Assembly: GCA_038063415.1 (NCBI GenBank) | Contig: JBBTVD010000003.1 | Coordinates: 8,489 to 72,488 of the forward strand | DNA from: Patescibacteria group bacterium | GTDB taxonomy: Bacteria; Patescibacteriota; Microgenomatia; Levybacterales; UBA12049 | Reading direction: 5' to 3' | DNA: 64,000 nt | Part shown: piece by piece, positions 1 through 8,069 of the stretch | Position numbering within the stretch: position 1 is the stretch's first letter | Layout: each line of letters starts with the position of its first letter | Program-made: the position numbers and the translations under genes | The notes under the pieces: generated by a model | What the model saw: only the letters and a program-made list of their open reading frames with translations | Told to the model about the DNA's origin: nothing | The model's database searches: none

Positions 1-180
1 ATGCTAGTAAAAAAAGCTGAAGAGATCGCAAGAGAAGAAAAAATGCATAAGATACATTTAGACACTGGTAAAAATTGGGGGACGGGTATATTTTATGAAA
101 AAATGGGCTATATGAAAACTGGTGAGTTTCCGAAACATTTTGGAGGGCAGGATTATTTACAATATAGTAAATTTTTTTAA
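1..180 (+). CDS. C-terminal fragment of a GNAT-type acetyltransferase. The 5' end is cut by the window edge and the stop TAA is at 178-180.
   Basis: Frame 1 reads ...IAREEKMHKIHLDTGKNWGTGIFYEKMGYMKTGEFPKHFGGQDYLQYSKFF*. The FYEK(M/L)GY motif is typical of the GNAT C-terminal beta strand region. Confidence 0.4.
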   Translation: MLVKKAEEIAREEKMHKIHLDTGKNWGTGIFYEKMGYMKTGEFPKHFGGQDYLQYSKFF

Positions 181-267
181 GAACAGCTTCGGGGAATTAA
201 TCCTAGAATAATCTCCATGAAGGCTAGTATTCTCTGTCATTGATTCTTTCAGAGTTTCATAATTATC

Positions 268-1041
268 ATGAAGAACATTCTTGATTCCCTCACGCAGCTC
301 GGATTTTCAAAGACGGAAGCAAACTTTTATATCATCCTCCTCAAATCAGGCCCCATGACCGTGGCAGAGCTAGCCGAGAAAGCAAAACTTCACCGTACTG
401 CTGCCTATAGTCATATAGATTCACTGATGGAGAAAGGTGTTCTTGCAAAAACCACTGGAGCAGGAAGTAAAATCGTTGCCAATCCACCAGAGCATCTGTA
501 TTACCTTCTCGAACAAAAGGCCAATGAAATAAAAACTCTCCAAACAAAACTGCCGACAGTGATCTCTGCACTTAATACCTCCTTTCTGCAGCAAAAGATA
601 GCCTATCCTTCTGAAATAAAATACTATAAAGGTAAAACTGGGGTAAAGAATATCTATCAGGAATGTACTAAAGCAAAAGAAATTCGATCTTACTTTAACC
701 AAGATGATGTAAGAAAGATTTTTCCAGAAAATGGGGATTTATTGCACGCCGCATTTACTCACAATCTTAAATTGGTAATACATGAAATAGTAGAATATTC
801 AACTTTAGCCGTCCAGAGAATGAATAGTTATAAAGAAAACAAAAGACATTTATATAAATTTCTTCCAAAAGATATTAAGATTACAGCAAATGATATCCTC
901 ATTTATGATGGTAAAGTTGCCATAATTAACGTAGGAGACAAAAATAATGTTACAGGAGTCGTACTCAGCAACAAAGACTACTATAATAATTCAGTCCAAC
1001 TCTTTAACCTCCTCTGGAGGCTACTGCCCGAATCTAATTAA
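268..1041 (+). CDS. TrmB-family winged-helix transcriptional regulator, paralog A.
   Basis: The N-terminus MKNILDSLTQLGFSKTEANFYIILLKSGPMTVAELAEKAKLHRTAAYSHIDSLMEKGVLAK matches the TrmB-type HTH. It carries a C-terminal effector domain of about 170 aa. A consensus-like -10 (CATAAT, 254-259) abuts the ATG. Confidence 0.75.
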   Translation: MKNILDSLTQLGFSKTEANFYIILLKSGPMTVAELAEKAKLHRTAAYSHIDSLMEKGVLAKTTGAGSKIVANPPEHLYYLLEQKANEIKTLQTKLPTVISALNTSFLQQKIAYPSEIKYYKGKTGVKNIYQECTKAKEIRSYFNQDDVRKIFPENGDLLHAAFTHNLKLVIHEIVEYSTLAVQRMNSYKENKRHLYKFLPKDIKITANDILIYDGKVAIINVGDKNNVTGVVLSNKDYYNNSVQLFNLLWRLLPESN

Positions 1042-1137
1042 CGCTTTTCAGGAGTTATCAAAGATATTCTTCGAGTGAGGCAAAAGCCGAATCGAGAAGT
1101 TCTCGACTACGCTAACGCTACACTCGAACAATAAAAG

Positions 1138-1180
1138 TTTTGTCAAATCCTGAACGGATACAGAAATAAAATTTGACAAA
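1138..1180 (+). promoter_or_regulatory. Putative TA autoregulatory operator: an inverted repeat TTTGTCAAA ... TTTGACAAA.
   Basis: TTTGTCAAA (1139-1147) and its reverse complement TTTGACAAA (1172-1180) are separated by 24 nt, 10 nt upstream of the antitoxin ATG. Confidence 0.4.
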
Positions 1181-1189
1181 AAGAAAGAG

Positions 1190-1480
1190 TTGATTTACTA
1201 TCATACTATGAACACTGCATCAATTTCCATCAAAACAGAACCAAAAATCAAAGCTCAGGTACAGGAAATAGCTAACGAGCTTGGAATTAGCATGACAGGA
1301 TTAATTAGTAGCTACCTTGCACAACTCGTCAAAAATAAATCACTCGTTAAGAAACTATCTGAAAACCCTACTCCATATCTCTTAGAATCGATAAAAATTG
1401 CACGAAGAGAGAGAAAGACAGGCAAAGCTTCTCCAATCTTTACTCAGGCTGAAGATGCTATTAAGTGGTTAAATAGCTAG
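1190..1480 (+). CDS. Type II antitoxin of the RelB/DinJ family (putative ribbon-helix-helix fold).
   Basis: It is a 96-aa protein immediately upstream of, and stop/start-coupled (TAG-ATG at 1478-1483) to, a RelE/YafQ-like toxin gene. A palindromic operator lies upstream. Confidence 0.6.
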   Translation: MIYYHTMNTASISIKTEPKIKAQVQEIANELGISMTGLISSYLAQLVKNKSLVKKLSENPTPYLLESIKIARRERKTGKASPIFTQAEDAIKWLNS

Positions 1481-1753
1481 ATGAACTACCAATTAAGTCA
1501 GCAATTTCGCAGAAAATATAAGAAATATGATGTGCGAGTAAAGAAAGCAATTGGTGAAGCATTAAACAAGTTTTCAAAAAATCCATTTGATCCCTCACTC
1601 GATAACCATGCGCTCAAAAAAGAATTAAAAGGACTAAGAAGCATTGATGTAACCACTGATTATCGGGCTATTTATGAACCAATTGATGAGAATGGTGATT
1701 TTTTTGCTTATTTTGATGATATCGGAACCCATAAAGAGCTTTTTGGGTCTTAA
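1481..1753 (+). CDS. RelE/ParE-superfamily toxin, YafQ-like mRNA interferase.
   Basis: It is a 90-aa basic protein. The motif IDVTTDYRAIYEPIDENGDFFAYFDDIGTHKE resembles the RelE/YafQ core (DYRxIY). It is the toxin position in a two-gene cassette. Confidence 0.7.
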   Translation: MNYQLSQQFRRKYKKYDVRVKKAIGEALNKFSKNPFDPSLDNHALKKELKGLRSIDVTTDYRAIYEPIDENGDFFAYFDDIGTHKELFGS

Positions 1754-1769
1754 ATGCTATAATCAGTAG

Positions 1770-2543
1770 ATGAAAAACATTCTTGATTCCCTCACGCAAC
1801 TCGGATTTTCAAAGACAGAAGCAAACTTTTATATAATCCTCCTCAAATCAGGCCCCATGACCGTAGCAGAGTTAGCCGAGAAAGCAAAACTTCACCGTAC
1901 TGCTGCCTATAGTCATATAGATTCACTTCTCGAGAAAGGTGTCCTTGCAAAAACAACTGGTGCAGGAAGCAAAATCGTGGCCAACCCACCAGAGCATCTC
2001 TACTATCTCCTCGAACAAAAGACTACTGAGGTAAAAACGCTTCAAGCAAAGCTACCCACAGTAATTTCAGAATTAAACACGTCGTTTTTGCAAACCGCTA
2101 ACTCGACTCAATCAGAAATAAAACATTACAAAGGGAAAGCAGGGGCAAAAATGATCTATAAGGATTGTCTGCAGGCTAAAGAGGTGCGTAGTTATTTTAA
2201 TGAAGACGATGTTTTAGACATTTTCCCTGAAAATTCTAAATTATTTTATAATGCCTTTACTGCTAATTCTCAATTAAAAATGTTTGAGCTTGTTGAATAT
2301 TCGCCTTTAGCAGTGCAACAAATGAGTCGGTATAAAGATAACAGTAGGCATTCTTATAAAGTTCTCCCTAAAGACGTTAAACTCACTGCCAATGACATTC
2401 TGATCTATGACGGGAAAGTCGCAATCATCAATATCAAAAATAAAGACACTGTTTCTGGAGTGGTATTGAGTAACAGAGAATACTATAACAACTCCGTCCA
2501 ACTCTTTGAGCTCCTCTGGCGGCTATTGCCGGAATCAACTTAG
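1770..2543 (+). CDS. TrmB-family winged-helix transcriptional regulator, paralog B.
   Basis: It is 257 aa. Residues 1-84 differ from paralog A at a single position, while about 55 of the remaining 173 positions differ. The extended -10 TGCTATAAT (1755-1763) ends 6 nt before the ATG. Confidence 0.75.
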   Translation: MKNILDSLTQLGFSKTEANFYIILLKSGPMTVAELAEKAKLHRTAAYSHIDSLLEKGVLAKTTGAGSKIVANPPEHLYYLLEQKTTEVKTLQAKLPTVISELNTSFLQTANSTQSEIKHYKGKAGAKMIYKDCLQAKEVRSYFNEDDVLDIFPENSKLFYNAFTANSQLKMFELVEYSPLAVQQMSRYKDNSRHSYKVLPKDVKLTANDILIYDGKVAIINIKNKDTVSGVVLSNREYYNNSVQLFELLWRLLPEST

Positions 2544-3316
2544 GCAAAGAAAAGCTTTTGCATTACTTGTTTTAAAGAGGTAATTTTCTCAGGATAAAAT
2601 TCTAGTGTTTCTTCATTCATATATAGCCTTTTATTAATTTCAATCATAATACTTTTAACTCTCGTATCCTTTTGGTAGAGACTGAGAGGAACAATAGTCC
2701 CTGTATAAGGTATATTAATTGCTACAGACAAGCCTTGAGAGGTAAAAAATGAAACAAATTCTCTCGTTAAGGAATCGGGTGTATGGAATCCATCAATACC
2801 CAAACAGATATCTGGCCTTGTAGGATATTGGTTAAACTCTCTCTCAAGTGGTGCATTCGAAAAGGAATGACAGTCAATAATAGATGCATATCCATATTCC
2901 TGAACCGTTTGGATAACTGTATTTTCTAATGACTGATGATGCGGAATATAAAAACGATTATAAACAAATCTTTTGTCTGCTCCATCTAGGATTCTCAGAT
3001 CTTCTCCTTTATCTGTCTTTGTATAATAAAAGCCTGCTCCTTTTTCAAACATTGGTTCTTCTTCGTCAGAAAGTCGTTCAACATCACAATATACTCTACT
3101 AAAATTTGCAATAACCTTCTTTATCCCATCTATTTCAAAAATTTCGTCAACTTTCCAGTCGGTAAGAAGCTCTACTTCATCCTTTAGATACTTCTGATTA
3201 AAGTGAGTAACGTCTGGGATATCGGGAGAAGAGTGAGGTATATGAAATATATACGAGGATTGGAAATCACTCTTAAATAAAGCATTAGCATTATGAAAAT
3301 CTATTTTCTTGGTCAT
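2540..3316 (-). CDS. Zinc-dependent N-formylglutamate amidohydrolase family protein (PF05013-like).
   Basis: Motifs FHIPHSSPDIP, YCDVERLSDEEEP, IIDCHSF and NIPYTGT parallel the FGase/HutG signatures (MPHAG..., IDLNRP, DxHS, GGHIT). The ATG at 3314-3316 is preferred over the upstream GTG at 3326-3328. Confidence 0.7.
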   Translation of the reverse strand: MTKKIDFHNANALFKSDFQSSYIFHIPHSSPDIPDVTHFNQKYLKDEVELLTDWKVDEIFEIDGIKKVIANFSRVYCDVERLSDEEEPMFEKGAGFYYTKTDKGEDLRILDGADKRFVYNRFYIPHHQSLENTVIQTVQEYGYASIIDCHSFSNAPLEREFNQYPTRPDICLGIDGFHTPDSLTREFVSFFTSQGLSVAINIPYTGTIVPLSLYQKDTRVKSIMIEINKRLYMNEETLEFYPEKITSLKQVMQKLFFA

Positions 3317-3361
3317 AGAACAACCCACGACCTTGCGGTCGGGGGTTTAAGTTCGGAGTAT

Positions 3362-5197
3362 CTAAAAGATATTTACTTTAATCTTTTCAATTATATTCTC
3401 AAAAACTTTTGTGATTGCCTGTTCTAAATCTTCAGCATCGCTATTAATTTGCCCCTTAGTCTTTTCATTAAGACTGCCCTTAATTGCTGTATAGTATTTC
3501 ATTTTTGCTTCTGTACCTGATGGACGAACATGGACAACATTCCTCTCATCGTCTGAGAAGAAAAAAGAAAGCATATCTCCCTTATCCCAGTTTCTAACCT
3601 CAATAAGTTTTTTGGTCTGTCCATCTAGTACCTCACTGGTTAATCTATCAATAGTTTTAACCACCTTTCTTCCAGCAATTTCGGTGGGGAGATTATTACG
3701 AAGTTCAGTCATCGCCAAATTCATTTGTTCAAAAGCACCAAAACCAGTAATCTCCCGGTAGTATAAGCGTTCAGCATAGTAACCATATTTCTGATAAATT
3801 GACTCTAATAGTTCAATCGGTGTGGTTGCGTTTGCCCGACACCACGCAGCCATTTCTGCTGCTACAACTGCAGGCGTTTCAGCACCCTTATCTCTATAGT
3901 CAGAACTAAAGAGATACCCAACACTTTCTTCGCAAGCGAGAACAAAGCTTTTATCACTAGGGAGATGTTGTAGCCTATCACCGATAAACTTAAACCCAAC
4001 AAGCAAGTCTCCAATACATTGGACTCCATAACTCTCTGCAATGTCTCTAAGTAAATCTGTTGTAACAGAAGTCTTGATAGCAACGGGTTTCTTTGGCATT
4101 CTGTTTGCATCCCGTAACGCATTCATATAAAAATAACCCATGAGAACAGCTCCTTGATTTCCATTAAGATTGAACCAATTCCCATTTTTGTCAGGTACGG
4201 CAATACCAAGTCTATCTGCATCAGGATCAGAGACAATGACAATATTTGCATTATTCTTTTTCGCTAATTCTATTGCTTGCTCGTAACACACTGCAAACTC
4301 AGGATTTGGGAAGTTGCCTTTTACGTTAGGGAAGTGACCATCAAGAGACATCTGCTCTTTTACCTCGATAATATCGTTGAAACCAATTGCTTTCAAGACA
4401 GGGAGAACGGATTGGGATCCAACTCCATGAAGAGGAGAATACACGATCCTTACATCCCTTCCAGAATATACAGAAACCTTTTTTGCAGATTCAGCAAACG
4501 CAATATCGACCTCATCACCAATGTATGTAATAAGTCCTTTAGAAACCGCCTCATCAAAGGAAATTTTGTTAATTGTTGTAACAGATTTAAATTCGCTTTC
4601 TATTTTAAGGCCAGCCTCTGGTAAAACTTGGATGCCGTCCTCATCATAGACTTTATATCCGTTGAACTGAGGAGGATTGTGACTAGCAGTGATAACGATA
4701 CCTCCTGCTAGATGAAGGAACCTAACCGTAAACGATAATTCCGGTGTAGCACGATAGTACTTAAACAGATATACATGTATACCATTTGCAGCCAATACTC
4801 GTGCAGTTTCTTTAGTAAATTCTTCTGAATGTAGTCGGCTATCATAAGCGATAGCAACACCTTTCTGAAGTATATTTTTTTTGTGTTTTTTTAAATATTG
4901 TGCGTATGCCTGTGAAGCCCAACGAATTGTGTAGTTGTTTATTCTATTTGTTCCAATATTCATTTGGCCTCGAATGCCACCAGTACCAAAAATTACAACA
5001 CGGTAGAATTCATCCATGAGATTTTCCCAGTCATCATTCTTAATCGCCTTAGTCAGTTCTGAGGAAAATTCTTTGAACTCCTCATCTGTGAGCCACTTAA
5101 CAATCTCGTCATAAGCAGTCTTATTAAGTTTCTTCTCTTGGAGAGCTGAAAGTAGTTTCTGGTCAATTGCTGGATTCATATCTTTGATTCTTATCAT
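3362..5197 (-). CDS. Phosphoglucomutase/phosphomannomutase of the alpha-D-phosphohexomutase family.
   Basis: It has the catalytic-Ser loop TASHNP (ITASHNPPQFNGYKVY) and the N-terminal glycine loop FGTGGIRG. The 611-aa length is typical of PgcA-like enzymes. Confidence 0.85.
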   Translation of the reverse strand: MIRIKDMNPAIDQKLLSALQEKKLNKTAYDEIVKWLTDEEFKEFSSELTKAIKNDDWENLMDEFYRVVIFGTGGIRGQMNIGTNRINNYTIRWASQAYAQYLKKHKKNILQKGVAIAYDSRLHSEEFTKETARVLAANGIHVYLFKYYRATPELSFTVRFLHLAGGIVITASHNPPQFNGYKVYDEDGIQVLPEAGLKIESEFKSVTTINKISFDEAVSKGLITYIGDEVDIAFAESAKKVSVYSGRDVRIVYSPLHGVGSQSVLPVLKAIGFNDIIEVKEQMSLDGHFPNVKGNFPNPEFAVCYEQAIELAKKNNANIVIVSDPDADRLGIAVPDKNGNWFNLNGNQGAVLMGYFYMNALRDANRMPKKPVAIKTSVTTDLLRDIAESYGVQCIGDLLVGFKFIGDRLQHLPSDKSFVLACEESVGYLFSSDYRDKGAETPAVVAAEMAAWCRANATTPIELLESIYQKYGYYAERLYYREITGFGAFEQMNLAMTELRNNLPTEIAGRKVVKTIDRLTSEVLDGQTKKLIEVRNWDKGDMLSFFFSDDERNVVHVRPSGTEAKMKYYTAIKGSLNEKTKGQINSDAEDLEQAITKVFENIIEKIKVNIF

Positions 5198-5350
5198 ACA
5201 GTTTCATGCAATGCTTGTAAATATAAACTTCTAGCATTAAGTCTTATATCTCTGACACGCTACTCATTGACTGTCGGGACATAGACGCTATTCGAACTTT
5301 TTGGCAATCAACACAAGAACAGTTTTATATTCATAATTTTACTTAAGACG

Positions 5351-5809
5351 TTACTTTTTATGGCTTTTTTGCAACATTCCTATCCTTCTTAGATTAGGAA
5401 GTTGATCTAACTCTGCTTTTGAATAAAGCAAGCCAGTTGATCCATATTGTAGCAAGTAAATTGTTACTTCAGGAAACAATGTTGCAAGATAAGCAACTGT
5501 TCGAGGATCATCATCAAAATGAGATACCTCTGAATAATGTTGCCGCAACTCTTTTATTCCGACTGCTTTACTAACAGCTGCTGGCATATCAAGTGGTGTA
5601 TAAAAAGTATCTTCAAATAAATCAGCAATTTTACCAGCGACAAGAGTGGCATATGACATATCGACCCATATTCGTTTATTAACTCGACCAGTATTGCCAA
5701 AGTTATCAATTCCGTCTGCTTTTGCAAGTTCTAACATGTCCTTCACACCAGGAAGAACTTTTCTCCGGGAATGTGCAAAAAAAGAAACCCTTTCTCCTGT
5801 ACTTCGCAT
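5351..5809 (-). CDS. HAD-like fragment resembling a 5'(3')-deoxyribonucleotidase C-terminal half; possible pseudogene or frameshifted fusion with the upstream gene.
   Basis: PGVKDMLELAK ... VSHFDDDPRTV resembles HAD motifs III/IV of the NT5C-like family. The frame stays open upstream of the ATG to 5902 but has no DxD motif I. It lies 4 nt downstream of the DNPH1-like gene, in a different frame. Confidence 0.3.
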   Translation of the reverse strand: MRSTGERVSFFAHSRRKVLPGVKDMLELAKADGIDNFGNTGRVNKRIWVDMSYATLVAGKIADLFEDTFYTPLDMPAAVSKAVGIKELRQHYSEVSHFDDDPRTVAYLATLFPEVTIYLLQYGSTGLLYSKAELDQLPNLRRIGMLQKSHKK

Positions 5810-5813
5810 TGGC

Positions 5814-6389
5814 TCATCGACTATTTCTCGAGCTATCTGAGGAATATCTGCTTGTAATAAGGTTCCGAATGTATACAGATTTTGGCAAATTTTTGTTTTT
5901 TGTCACCATAGTTAACTTAGCTGCCATAGGTACTGGCAGTAAGATATTAAATTTCTTATATGGTTCATTATGTGTAAGTTGTAAAGCTTCATGTATGATC
6001 CGCCCCAAAGAGGGAATTGTGTATTCATAGATATAGATATTTTTGTTTGAATAGAGAGGATCAGTCTGACTAATTTGATAGATAGAAGATGAAGACTTTA
6101 ACGCTATTACTTCTTTTCCTTGCTGTACAGCACTCGATATTTCGTAACCAAGAGTAATACTGGGTAAGGAACATTCAGCGATAACTAGATCAGCCTTTGT
6201 TATTTCTTTATGAAAGGCTGCAAAGAACATTTCTCGCTTTTGAAGACTCCAACTTAAAAGAATTTCTTCTGTAACAGATAAGGTATGCTCAACTGTATGA
6301 TTTTTCCTCTGTAAGTAATCAATAATTGCCAAATAGGTATCCTTATACTCTTTGATCCCCTCTATAGAAGCTAAAAATACAATTTTCAT
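5814..6389 (-). CDS. DNPH1/Rcl-like protein (2'-deoxynucleoside 5'-phosphate N-hydrolase / nucleoside 2-deoxyribosyltransferase superfamily).
   Basis: MKIVFLASIEG...ADLVIAECSLPSITLGYEISSAVQQGKEVIAL parallels DNPH1 ALYFCGSIRGG...ADVVVAEVTQPSLGVGYELG, and the catalytic Glu is retained in GYEIS. The SIRGG phosphate loop is altered to SIEGI. Confidence 0.6.
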   Translation of the reverse strand: MKIVFLASIEGIKEYKDTYLAIIDYLQRKNHTVEHTLSVTEEILLSWSLQKREMFFAAFHKEITKADLVIAECSLPSITLGYEISSAVQQGKEVIALKSSSSIYQISQTDPLYSNKNIYIYEYTIPSLGRIIHEALQLTHNEPYKKFNILLPVPMAAKLTMVTKNKNLPKSVYIRNLITSRYSSDSSRNSR

Positions 6390-6721
6390 ATTGTAAAATT
6401 TTGCACCAAAACGATAGATTTATTAACTGTTGGATCTAGTAACTTCATCTGTTCACTTTTGGTCAGATAGCCATGACCTGCTGACTCCATAAAGTCGTTT
6501 GCCTGGTCAAGAGAAGTGATTGCTCGTCGTTCAATAAATAAGGCCACTAATTTGATGATTATTGCTCTATGGGTTGGGATTCGCTTACCTCGTTGCCAGA
6601 GAGAAAGTAAGCTCACGTCGCAAAGATATCCGCGATCAGCAAGTGCCAGAGAAAGCTTTGACAGACTATAAAATTCCGCCTGTAGACGGTACTTTTTAAA
6701 GAGGTGTCCAAAATCTTTCAT
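6386..6721 (-). CDS. XRE-like helix-turn-helix DNA-binding protein.
   Basis: FGHLFKKYRLQAEFYSLSKLSLALADRGYLCDVSLLSLWQRGKRIP fits the Cro/C1-type HTH pattern (LAxxxGVSxxxISxWERGxRxP). It overlaps both neighbours by 4 nt (ATGA). Confidence 0.55.
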   Translation of the reverse strand: MKDFGHLFKKYRLQAEFYSLSKLSLALADRGYLCDVSLLSLWQRGKRIPTHRAIIIKLVALFIERRAITSLDQANDFMESAGHGYLTKSEQMKLLDPTVNKSIVLVQNFTI

Positions 6722-6993
6722 TTTTCTTTTGTTACTGGCTCATACAATCCATAATAGGTCTCCATATATGACTTACTTGGCCTTCCCAGTTTATAACCTT
6801 CATTATTGATAAGATCCTTTACTTCGATCATGTAGGCATGCATAGTCTTCATATCATAAAGCACGTCGTCGACGTATCGATAGCCTTTTTCTTTTGCATT
6901 GTTAGGACTCAGTGTCATATCGATAAAAGCCGGTTGGGTATTCTCATCCATAGTTGTTGAGATTATTGTAAGTAAACAATTTTTATCTGTCAA
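6718..6993 (-). CDS. Hypothetical small protein, first gene of the operon; the start is TTG at 6991-6993 or an internal ATG.
   Basis: Its ORF is translationally coupled to the HTH gene. No recognisable motifs were seen. Confidence 0.35.
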   Translation of the reverse strand: MTDKNCLLTIISTTMDENTQPAFIDMTLSPNNAKEKGYRYVDDVLYDMKTMHAYMIEVKDLINNEGYKLGRPSKSYMETYYGLYEPVTKEK

Positions 6994-7075
6994 TTTTTGG
7001 ATAAATAGTTTCCTGTAATTTACTAAATAATATTGCTATAACAATAAAAATTTTATTTTTGTTGTTGTAAATAAT

Positions 7076-7108
7076 TTGACAACAAGTCATCCTTCAGCAT
7101 GGTATAAT
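7076..7108 (+). promoter_or_regulatory. Candidate sigma70-like promoter, TTGACA-21-TGgTATAAT, in the divergent intergenic region.
   Basis: TTGACA is at 7076-7081 and the extended -10 TGGTATAAT at 7100-7108. The 21-nt spacer is long, so this is weak. Confidence 0.3.
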
Positions 7109-7237
7109 TTGTCTGTCACGTCTTTCGCATAATGTCTCTTGTCATCCTCGTGAAAACGGGGATCCAGAAGCGCGAAATGCAAAGAAGGGATTCCTGGTTT
7201 GCGACCAGGAATGACAAAATACGAAGCTTATACCTAT

Positions 7238-8026
7238 ATGAAAAAAATCCTTGACTATCTAGGAGAGTTGGAGTTCTCCAACGTTGAAGCACAGATATAT
7301 CTTGCTCTCCTTGAAAAAGGATCCCTCACCGTCGCAGAGCTTGCTCAAGAAGTAAAAATTAACCGTACAGCAGCCTATCCTTCTATCAATAGACTCCGAG
7401 AGAGAGGTGTACTAGCAGAAGATATAAAAGGTCCACAGAAAAAATTTATAGCGTCAGAACCAGAACGACTGTACTATTTTATCGAAAAGAAGCGGGATAC
7501 AATAAAATCGCTGGAAAGACGATTTCCTGATATCATACAAACAATTACAACTGCCCCACAGACGCAACAAACAGACGATGTAAAAGTAGTTTCATACAAA
7601 GGTGAAGTTGGTGTTAAAAAGATATATAAAGAAGCTTTAGGCTTTGATGAATTACGATCCTATGTAAAACTAGAAAAATCAACAAGCGTACTTGGGGATA
7701 ATGTGCAGCTATTTAACACCGCCTTTGCAAGAAATCCACGGTTACGAGTGAAAGAAATTTATTACAAGCTCCCTCTTGAAAAAATGTCTGTGATACAAAA
7801 AGTAGCCCAAAATAAACACTATCACTACAAATTTATGCTTAAAAAGCTTAATTTAACCTCAGGGGATACACTTATTTATGATGGGAAAGTAGCTATTATT
7901 GACTATAGCAATAAAATAAATACTGTTGTTTTATACAACAAAAATTATTATCAAAATGCTAAAGAACTCTTTGACTTCATCTGGGATATGCTTCCAGAAC
8001 CCAAAAAAATGAATTACAAATCTTAA
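7238..8026 (+). CDS. TrmB-family transcriptional regulator, paralog C (diverged).
   Basis: MKKILDYLGELEFSNVEAQIYLALLEKGSLTVAELAQEVKINRTAAY aligns with the HTH of paralogs A and B. The C-terminal LIYDGKVAII motif is shared. The ORF track starts at 7199, but homology places the start at 7238. Confidence 0.65.
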   Translation: MKKILDYLGELEFSNVEAQIYLALLEKGSLTVAELAQEVKINRTAAYPSINRLRERGVLAEDIKGPQKKFIASEPERLYYFIEKKRDTIKSLERRFPDIIQTITTAPQTQQTDDVKVVSYKGEVGVKKIYKEALGFDELRSYVKLEKSTSVLGDNVQLFNTAFARNPRLRVKEIYYKLPLEKMSVIQKVAQNKHYHYKFMLKKLNLTSGDTLIYDGKVAIIDYSNKINTVVLYNKNYYQNAKELFDFIWDMLPEPKKMNYKS

Positions 8027-8069
8027 TGCTTCTCTTGAATAGCAATATAAAAAATGATACAAAAGATAT

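Noticed and set aside
341-702. Antisense ORFs (341..571 and 421..702, minus strand) inside TrmB paralog A. Similar nested ORFs are 12106..12495 and 12371..12691 opposite the ABC ATPase and adaptor, 32987..33499 inside the RND gene, and 35236..36127 opposite the RND adaptor.
   Set aside because: They lie entirely within well-supported homologous CDSs on the other strand. Their low-complexity translations lack motifs, so they are treated as chance ORFs.
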